20,000 bases of DNA, from assembly GCF_002105155.1 (NCBI RefSeq), contig NW_019028995.1, forward strand, positions 791,350 to 811,349. The letters run 5' to 3'. Shown here piece after piece: positions 10,175 to 20,000 of the stretch. Below the pieces are notes generated by a model, which saw only the letters and a program-made list of their open reading frames with translations, had not been told where the DNA came from and did no database searches. This DNA comes from Lobosporangium transversale (lineage: Eukaryota). The number at the start of each line of letters is the position of its first letter. Position 1 is the stretch's first letter. The position numbers and the translations under genes are program-made.

Positions 10175-10755
10175 GGCGGATACTTTTTGATGTGAAATAG
10201 GGTTGCCTTTGATAGGGGCAGGAAAGACTAGAAAGGAAGGTGGGAGTGAAGGTATAGAGAAAGGTAAGTGAGGAAAGAGAGGAAAAGAAAAGAGAAAACT
10301 AGTGACTTTAGTCCACGCAGTCAGCCCATTGAAAACGGGAAATGAGTCGCCGCCTCCTCTCTTCCTCTCTTGCAATATTAAGCAAAAGCCTAGGAAGCTC
10401 CAATTTCATTCTTTTTTTTGTTAACTGGAGTTGGGATAAAGCATTGATCGGTATGCAGGTTCGTTTCAGGAATCATAACAGTAATATAAAATGCAATAGT
10501 GACAAAGTATATATCGTGAGGAGACAACGAGTTGCCAAAGTGATGTATCGACTTCTTTTTGGACTGTGATTGTATAACAGTTGCATTGTCCCATTGTTCC
10601 AGTTTTAATCCCTGCGTGTAAAATGGCTCCTTTTTCAAGTTTACGCCACGTGCGCATTGACCAACTTATTCGTTTTGTGGCTTGCAACTATCAATATGCT
10701 TTCAAGAATGGTTGATCTTTTTTCTTTCTCACATCCGCATTGAGCAGCATTCGGT

Positions 10756-11687
10756 ATGAAGGAGCTGGAACCATCAACAAACGAACGGGAGTTCGTTTTG
10801 GCAGCATTAAGGGACGGAGCACGCATCGATGGACGCAACTTTTACGACTTCAGGACATTACGCCTTTCGTTTGGTGCAGACTATGGTGCGGTTGAAGTCC
10901 AGTTAGGCAACACTAGGTTCGTTTCGTACTTTTTCTCTCTCGATCCAAACTCAAATTCAAACCGAAGGCGAAGGCCTTAGAGACTAAAGAAAGAAGGAAG
11001 GGAGAAAAATAAAAGACATGGGTCGACTTAGTTTTTAATTCTTTCTTCTTTATCCTTTGGACAGGGTTCTCGCAAAGGTATCGTGTGAGGTGATTAGACC
11101 TTTCCCTGATAAACCGACAGAAGGATTCCTCATGTTCAACACAGAGCTTTCACCGATGGCCTCACCTGCATTTGAGGTCGGCAGGTAAACCTTAAAATTG
11201 CGCACTTGGCTTACATTGGAGCACAAATAGCACTGCTGATTGTTACCACATTATAATGACGCCTAACGCAATAGCAACTTTTTTAATAACACTGGTCTAT
11301 TAGACAAACAGACGAAGAAGTGCTTGTGAGTCGCTTAATAGAAAAGGCAATGAAGAGAAGCAGAGCATTGGATACAGAAGGCTTGTGCATAGTGGCAGGC
11401 GAGAAGGTATATATGACAGGTTTAAGGAAAAAAGGTAGCTTTAATGAGTTTTCAACAGCGATGAGTGAAGGACTAAGGACACTGTTGATTTACTTATTGC
11501 TTAAAACAGGTCTGGTCGATCCGTGTAGATATTCACTTTTTGGATCATGACGGAAACCTTGTCGATGCTGCCTGCATTGCTGCGATCACTGCATTACAAC
11601 ATTTCAGGAGGCCAGACGTGACAGTTGTAGGCGAAGATGTCACCATTGTAAGGCTCAGGAGACTTTTTTTTACTGCTTCTATGGTTT

Positions 11688-11719
<32 letters not shown>

Positions 11720-12310
11720 TCGACAGCTAAAGCAGGAGAAAACAACTATTTTGATATTTATAAACTGTTTTAGCATACATTGGAGCAACGAAATCCTGTG
11801 CCTCTCAGTATTCACCATATCCCGATCTGTGTTACATTCGCATTCTTTGATAACGGGTACGCAAAAAAGTCCTCTGCTTTTGGGATTATGATTTCATTAC
11901 TCTTCAAGCTATTTTCCATTCTCATGATTTTTGTTTGTTGACTTTCGTATATATCTTTTGCATTATGATTAGAAACCATGTCATTGTTGATCCAACACAT
12001 TTAGAAGAACAAATCAAGGAAGGTGACATGACAATCACACTGAACGTGCATAAAGAAGTATGTGCATTATCTAAGGCTGGAGGTATCCCAATGGAGCTGG
12101 ATCAGATTATACAGTGCTCAAAAATCGCTGTTATTAAGGTTGCAGAGATTACTGCTCAAATTGAGGCAGCATTAGCAGCAGATGCCAAAAAGCGGTAAGT
12201 TTTTTCTACTTCTTTTTATGTCTTTATCACTATAAAACTCGGAATAGTGATCTGATCTCGTCCATTTCTTATTAACTTGATGCCCTACAAGGCAAGCTGC
12301 TAGGAAATGA
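10756..12310 (+). CDS. RRP45: Exosome complex RNase PH-like subunit Rrp45/EXOSC9, multi-exon
   Basis: EREFVLAALRDGARIDGR..GNTRVLAKVSCEV..PTEG..ELSPMASPAFEVGR..SRALDTEGLCIVAGEKVWSIRVDIHFLDHDGNLVDAACIA..HFRRPDV..PVPLSIHHIPICVTF..VDPTHLEE..KEVCALSKAGG. The end is 12310 if the GTAAGT intron 12195-12291 is spliced, otherwise TAA at 12198. Confidence 0.93.
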
Positions 12311-12560
12311 GTGAGAAAGTGATAAGCATGACATATTCTGTACAAACACAAATACAGCAAGTAATTTTAATAAAAATGAAGTGATTTCGATAGACGCTAG
12401 GGGATCGAACTTGACTCCGCTGACCAGACAGCTGCCAGTCACACGCCATTCGTTTCATGAAGGTTGCTCATCTCACTTCTGACTTTTGATTCCTTTATTT
12501 TCTCTCCTTCTCTCTTCGCTTTCCTTTTTCCCCTCACCTAAAACAATTTTACATATAAAT

Positions 12561-13210
12561 ATGCCCGAATACTGGTTCGTGTCTATCCCTGGCGAGGGTA
12601 ATCGCACAGTAACTTTTCAAAACTTCAAGGCGAAAATCGCGAGTAGCCAGAATGACCTCAGCGAGGTCTCACCCTTGCCCATTCCAGAATTTAAGGTGTG
12701 TTGTAGTTTTCATTTCACACACTTTCCTTTCTTATTGAAACAGGACAATAGGACAACTGAAGAAAAGGAAACAAGAAAGAAAAGAAAAAAAAAAAAAAAA
12801 GAGACCATACAAAAAGAGAATTCGTGCCAACACCATTGGTCATATAGGATTTTCAGTATCTCAACGCGTCACTACTTTTTTTTTTTTCTCTTGTTCCTGG
12901 CACAATTTATACTTGACCAATATTAGATTGGAACGTTGGACGCACTTGTGCTGTTATCTGAAGACCTAGCTAAGCAGGATACTGCATTCGAGTCATCCGC
13001 CAACAAGCTTGTAGACATTATCCGTTCACTTCTTGGACCTGAGGCTGCGACAAAGCTGGCAGGCAGCCTTTCTGTCAACGAGAGTAAGTAAAGCATTTTT
13101 ATATGAGGGGAAATAAAAACGATTATGATAGACAACGTTAAAGCTTCCCATCTTCTCATAACGAAAAAATCTACATGAGTGGCCTTGTAGAGCTATAAAA
13201 ACCAAAGTCC

Positions 13211-13242
<32 letters not shown>

Positions 13243-13945
13243 GATATTGCAGAGACAATTGTCAATTATCTCAAGACTTTCCAATGGAACACAATGAAAT
13301 ATCGTACCGACAAGTCTTTGCCTGAACTAGCGGAGCTGTTGAACAACGTACGTGAGCATGAGCAAAACAACCTGGCAAAAATATACACTTATGTTTTTCG
13401 TACCTTTCATAAAGGCCTACTGGAATCAAATATTGTATAATCCTTTTTTTTTTTTTTTTTTCTCGTTGATTACTGACGAGAAATGTATAATATACTTTTG
13501 AGCTAATAGGAGGTTGCTCAGATTGATACCCTGATGAAGAACAAGATGGCCAACTATAGTGTGGTCAAAGGCAACTTGCAAGGAATTCAAAGGCGAGAGG
13601 TGTAAGAAAAAAAAATACTCTTTTTTGTATTGTAACTTGTACTTAATGACTAAAGATGGTATGTATTTGGAGAAATACTGATGTTCTCTTATTATGCTTT
13701 TTTTTTTTTTTATTTTTTTATTTTTTTGGGGGGTGACGACGATCTTAGTGGTAATCTGGCATCAAGAAACATTGTTCCCTTTGTTAAGAAGGAGCATGTA
13801 ATTTTGGATTCGGAATACTTAGAGACACTTATTGTCGCTGTCCCAAAGTACGATCATGGTTGTTGCTGTAAGCAAATATTGAATGTTACTTCACATTTCA
13901 ACTTTTAGCGGATATCACAATGCTAACAGCTAGGCCCAATGCTAC

Positions 13946-13985
<40 letters not shown>

Positions 13986-14420
13986 AAAAATGTCTTCATC
14001 AATCTTCTGTCACTCAGGACACTTTATAAAGACTGGCAAAACAAATACGAAAGACTCACACAGATGGTTGTTCCTCGGTCATCTCAGTAAGTCAACTGCA
14101 CTCTTAACTTTCAAAACTTGCTTATAAAGATACAACTTGGGACTGATTATTATTGTTATTTGATTCGACTAAAATATTATCTTTAGGAAAATCGCAGAAG
14201 ATGATGAATATGGGCTGTTTACCGTGACTCTATTTAGGCGTATTGCGGAAGATTTTACCAATAAATGCCGAGAGGAGAGATTCATTGTTCGTGATTTCAA
14301 GTACAGTCCGGATGCCATTGAGGAGCAAAGGCGCGAATTAGAGGAAGTGGATGCATCTGAGAAGGAGCTCTGGGTAGGCACTCGCAACAGCATTATCAAG
14401 CGACATCTTTTATGCATCGA

Positions 14421-14452
<32 letters not shown>

Positions 14453-14840
14453 ATAATATTCACTAATTGGAATTCCTTTTTCTTCCTTTCTTTCCTCTAT
14501 GCAGGCGACCATCTTGCGCTTAGCCAAGACAAATTTTGGTGAGGTATTCCAGGCATGGACCCATTTGAAGTCGCTTCGCGTATTTGTCGAATCGGTACTT
14601 CGATATGGCTTGCCTCCAGATTTTGTTGGTTTTACGATCAAGCCAAAACCCAAGCAAGATCAAAAGATTTTGGATATTCTAACAGCACAATATGGTCATT
14701 TGGGAGGATCTCCTTCGAGCAGAGCCGGTCATGTTCACCATGGAGATGACCACACCGAAGAGACTATCGCTGGATATAACGACAAGGATTATAAACCCTT
14801 CGTGTTCTTTTCTCTTAAACTAGAAATCGAAAGACAATAG
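12561..14840 (+). CDS. VMA5: V-type H+-ATPase V1 subunit C, multi-exon
   Basis: MPEYWFVSIP..IPEFK|IGTLDALVLLSEDLAK..YLKTFQWNTMKY..GNLASRNI..DSEYLETLIVAVPK..MVVPRSS..EYGLFTVTLF..FIVRDF..NFGEVFQAWTHLKSLRVFVESVLRYGLPPDF. TAG ends at 14840. Confidence 0.95.
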
Positions 14841-15138
14841 ATGACTGACTACAGGACACAGCAGAAGAATTGCGGATGAGTTTGAGTAAAAAAAAAAAAA
14901 AAAAAAAAAAATAGTCTTGAAGTTCCAAAAAGAAGATAAAGAAGATTGGGTTCTGTAATGTCTAGCACAATATTCTCATGTGTAATGTAATTTTTATTTT
15001 ATTTTATTTTTTTATTGTATAACGTAATGCTAGAAGGACAGTTCAGGTAAAATACATGAGGACGAGAGAAAATAAGAAAGCAAAAATGTAGACTATAGTC
15101 TCTTCAAATTTCAATGAGGCGTGTTGCGCCTACCATTA

Positions 15139-15185
15139 TCACTTTGGTTGATAGTTTTGCATAAACGCAGCGAAATCAAATGCTG

Positions 15186-15219
<34 letters not shown>

Positions 15220-17599
15220 ATACAGCTGTTGATACGCAGCGTAGTAAGCTTGCTGCTGTTGATAAGCTAATTGCTGTTGTGATAGCTGTTGTACAGGGGC
15301 CTGGATTTGGGTCTGCTGCTGCTGCTGCTGTGTGGTTTGCTGAAGCATTGCTAAGAGCTGTTGAGTACGCTCAACAGCCTCATTAGTGAACATAGCTCCA
15401 AGAGGATTTACCTGAGCTTGTTGAGGCTGTTGATACTGCTGGTGATACAGTTGATTATAACCAGCATGTTCCTGTTGTTGTTGTTGTTGTTGCTGTTGTT
15501 GCTGTTGTTGCTGTTGCTGGGCGTTAAATGCCGTACCATATAATGACCCATAGCCATGACTTGCCGTGTCCTATAAAAACAATAATATAACGATATTAAA
15601 TATTAGCATAGAGGGAAAAAAAAAAAAAAAAAAAAAAAAAAGATTCCCTTGCCATTAAACTGGCGCTTCAAGTGATATAATAGAAATACTTATTACCGTA
15701 GCATTGGGCTTGGATACAGCTGCTGCAACTGTTGCTGTTAGAGCTGCTAGGACTGCGGCAGTGTTGTTGTTGAGCAGAGCAGCAGCAGCAGGAGTTGCAG
15801 TCAACAAAGATGATGTCAATGACGATGTAGATGCTTGAGAGCTGACCCCTAATCCAGACACCAACCCTACCCCTGATCCTGTCTGCCTTACGGTCTCTGG
15901 ATCCTCATCTGGCTCTGCTGGTGATGGAGGGATATAAGCAAGTTGAAGATAGTTTGCAGAAAGTGTCTCCGCTTCCCTTGCCTCCTGCACTACCTTTTCT
16001 GTACTCTTAAAGCCTCTTTCTGGATACCCAAAAATTTCAAGTTTGAGCATTGGAGGAGCTCGCCAAAGATCGCCTCGGATAAGCGCATCCACAATTTGTG
16101 TAGGCATCTCGAACTGTGGACGAGTCTGCTCATGACCATATTGGGAATGATGAGATGAACTATAAGAGGAAGAGATACCTTCAATGGCCGACTCATACTC
16201 AAAACCACCCCCTTGTTCATCGTTATTAAACTCCTCCTGATCATATTCTGATTCACTGTGCTCTTGGATCTCTCCACGTGGCTCAATAAGTCGAACTGAA
16301 ACTAATTCCCAGTCAGCTTTCCATGTGACACGTCTGACCTTATTTTTCTTCGGTGGAGAATCAGGTGAGGATGATTCAATAGCCACCTCCGGTGTCGTTG
16401 AGATCGAAGACGAGCTTGATTTGGTTACTATAGGAGATGCAGGATTTTCGAGCGCTGGGGGTGGCGAATCCTGTTTAATAGGGACAACTATGGTTGACAC
16501 GGTCGGAGTCGTAGATTGGGGTGTGCTAATTTCTATAGTTGTAGCTGTGCTTGTAGCTGTGCTTGTAGCTGTGCTTGTAGCAGTCTCTCCTTTTAGTTTG
16601 AGCGTGATTGAGGATGGCGTTGGTTTGTTTGACGGCATGCTACTTGCTGATGAAGAAGTCTTGGCAGAGTGTGCTGCTGCTGCTGATCGATTTGACATGC
16701 CTGAGTCGCCTCTGAGTTGATCAAAGAAGCTGGCATTGCTCGTCACGCTGCTCTTTTTGATCGTATCCACAGGAGGTACTACTTTACTTTTGTTGAATTT
16801 TGGAAGAGGAAGATCTGGGGTCTGATCATAACAAAAGAATAGTAACAATCATAAAAATATAACCATAAAAATTAATATAAGTAGGGTTAATAAATGTTCT
16901 TCATGGACCCACAACTTGTGAACCAAAATGTTATCACTCATGATTTTTGACAGCTGTGGAATGGCAGGCTTACATCTCGGACACTAGGACGTGTTTCTTC
17001 CTCGTCACTCCTAGATCGTTTCTTGCTTTTTTTGTCCCCATCATGCTTGCTGGGTGGATTGGAAGAGCCTGCTCGGCCATCTTCTGCAACTAATTTCTTC
17101 CATTTCTTTACAACTTTGGAAGCCTGATCTGCTATGTCTTTTGTTTTTTTTGAAAACACCATAGAATTATATATTCAATATCATTAATGCACTGGGCCAA
17201 TTTATTGCTACTTTACAAACACGGGGGGGGGGGGGTTTTTTTTTTTTTTTTTTTTTTTTTTTCTTCTTTGGCCATTGTTTTCTTGGTTTGATGTTGTCAT
17301 CGTCCTTGCAAAATGTCTGTAAGTACTAAACTTATCGCTCAATAAATTCTTTTTTTTTTACATTTATTTTATTTTCACTTCTTACCTTGCTCAATATTCT
17401 GTTTTTTGTTTTGTGCAATCCGATTCATCACCTTGCCTAAATCATGAATAGTAAAATCTTTTATGCCTAACGGGAGATCATCCAAGATATCGATAGCTTT
17501 GGTGAGCAAATCAGAGTACTCGGAGGGATGAGATCCTTCTTGCACTTCACGCATCCAGTCACTCAGGAAAGCATGTCCATTCGAGCGTACAAATCTATT

Positions 17600-17631
<32 letters not shown>

Positions 17632-18782
17632 GGAATAACCATGGTCAATATTTTATATTGATGTATCAAGCAACTTTTCTGACACACCGTTTACAGATTC
17701 CTTGAAATGCTAAGCAAATAATAATGTTAAACATAAGAAACTTACTCGTTGACAACAGGCGTGACTCTTCTAGAGGATAAGAGCGCATTCAAAATGTATA
17801 AACGACCTTTATAATCTGACGCGACTTTCATCAGTTCAACAATGCCTAGAACATTCTCCGGCTTACGGATCATATTCCCCTGTGTGAGACGGGCAAGTTT
17901 GAGCGCTACAGTTGTGTGGGAGAGCGGCTTTTTTTTTTTTTTTTTTTTTTTTTTTGGTATTTAATTCATAAACAAACCATTAAAAGAAGAGTAAATTACA
18001 TGTCCTTATTGCCTTGATGCGGGCGACCACTCTTCAATATTCATTAGTAATTAAAATTGAATATAGATCACTACCTGAGGCCCTGTATTGCTGGGTATAA
18101 CAACATTATCCTTGACTGTATGTGCAGCTGCAGTTCCTAAGACGCCATCCGCTGGATCTTCATCATCACTATTTTGAATATATTCGACGAAATGGTCAGT
18201 ATATGAAGCAGTTGATAAATCTCTCATCTCTGATGTCAATTAATATCAACTATCTAGCTTAACTACCTTGACGTCGAGGGAGGCGGACTTGGTGTATGAT
18301 TATGACTACTTTGCTCCACTGAAGAAGAAGAGGAAGAAAAGCCGATCAATATGAATGTCACGACAAATACGAAGAAAAATACATATTTATTGATTTAAAA
18401 ATGGAACAAGAAATGATTACCTGAGAGGCTCTTGTAGAGCGGTTTTCCCTTCCTTTCAGCAATGCGTCGGCGATCAAACCAATTCGCAATCTACCAGAAT
18501 GCAGAAAGATAGATAATGATGGGCATCAGCAATGAGCAAATTCTCCTATCTCTCTTCCCTCTATAATTTATCTTACTGGAAGCTTAATAAAGAAATTAAT
18601 ACCTGCTTCTCTGTGCATCCAACACGCCCTGCAAGCTCAATTTTGACAGTCTTTTCTGGATATGCACTGGATTTGAAAGAAGTCTCCAATACTGCTAGGT
18701 CTTCCTCTGTAAGCCTAAATCGTGGCTTATGGGGCTCGTCAACGGTTGCTGTTGTACTTGCAGAACCAACTACACTTCCCAT
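15139..18782 (-). CDS. PNUTS/Ppn1/Ref2-like PP1 regulatory subunit with N-terminal atypical homeodomain, TFIIS-N domain and Gln-rich tail (~9 exons)
   Basis: In-frame spliced exons give a homeodomain-like segment (KPRFRLTEEDLAVLETSFKSSAYPEKTVKIELAGRVGCTEKQ|IANWFDRRRIAERK) and a TFIIS-N-like region (RLYILNALL..EFVRSNGHAFLSDWM..LDDLPL..DLGKVM..IADQASKVVKKWKKLV). These are followed by the PP1 motif KVRRVTW..LVSVRLI, a PNUTS-like S-x-E-x-x-x-Q-x-x-RE...PPSPAEPD block, and a polyQ C-terminus. Confidence 0.8.
15186..15330. repeat. CAG/CAA-type trinucleotide tracts encoding polyglutamine in the last exon of the PNUTS-like gene
   Basis: (gctgtt)n and (gct)n runs on +, translating on - to QQQQQQQQQQQ and TTQQQQQQ. 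A further tract lies at ~15474-15518. Confidence 0.85.
16541..16581. repeat. 12-bp coding tandem repeat GTAGCTGTGCTT x3 (encodes TATS repeats on -)
   Basis: Three exact copies plus a partial copy. Confidence 0.85.
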
Positions 18783-19141
18783 AGAAGAGTAACCCAGAAA
18801 GTGCAAACAACAGAATCGTAAACATGAACGGCAAAATGTGTGTAAATGATGAATAAGGAAGAAAAAAAATGTTTTCTTTGGTCAGTCAAAAGTTTATATT
18901 GTGAAATGAATTTCTTCTTTTCTGTCCTGCCACAATCCCTCTTTTTTTTTTTTTTTTTTTTTTCGGGCTTTAGTAGGGTGATTGAAATGTATAAATATCA
19001 CAAGTAAGGGCCTTCAAACATGCAGGTGAATGTTGGCGTAACTCCTTGGGATCATGAGCCAACATTTGCCAGTGGATTTGAGAAAAAAAATGGTTTCAAA
19101 ATATAAGGCTTGATTGCAATGCTCTCTTCAATCGACGGTAT

Positions 19142-20000
<859 letters not shown>

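Noticed and set aside
10647..10652. CACGTG E-box upstream of RRP45
   Set aside because: A single hexamer is expected by chance and has no supporting context.
12394..12460. B-box-like GTTCGATCC on - (12410-12402), suggesting a tRNA or SINE
   Set aside because: Flanks do not form a T-stem or acceptor stem and no cloverleaf can be drawn; at most an isolated TFIIIC-like site.
15180..16720. Hydrophobic + strand ORFs (15180-15386, 15361-15543, 16325-16720)
   Set aside because: Antisense to polyQ and S/T-rich exons of the PNUTS-like gene.
17223..17262. G13 run directly followed by a long T run, and poly-K/poly-F stretches in many listed ORFs
   Set aside because: Intronic homopolymer tracts common throughout this genome; not coding and not retroposon tails as far as can be seen.

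Overview
Intron-rich eukaryotic genomic DNA with short GT-AG introns full of poly-A/poly-T tracts. The protein content suggests an early-diverging fungus, possibly Mortierellaceae (inference). Conserved genes, assembled by hand from splice sites: TMA20/MCT-1 (-), ERV46/ERGIC3 (+), a YVC1/TRPY-type cation channel (+), a GT17 GlcNAc-transferase (-), exosome RRP45 (+), V-ATPase subunit C VMA5 (+), a PNUTS/Ref2/Ppn1-like PP1 regulator with an atypical N-terminal homeodomain (-), and the 3' part of an unidentified gene (-). The main outlier is an intronless 222-aa ORF (7380-8048) built like a multi-peptide precursor. It has a signal peptide, a CHIHNGHCH peptide ending in KR, and three [acidic spacer - HxLYR - cationic Gly/Tyr/Arg or Gly/Trp/Lys core] modules delimited by KR/RR. 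It is a candidate Kex2-processed source of antimicrobial, metal-binding or cross-linkable peptides. No RNA genes, CRISPR arrays or recognisable mobile elements were found.
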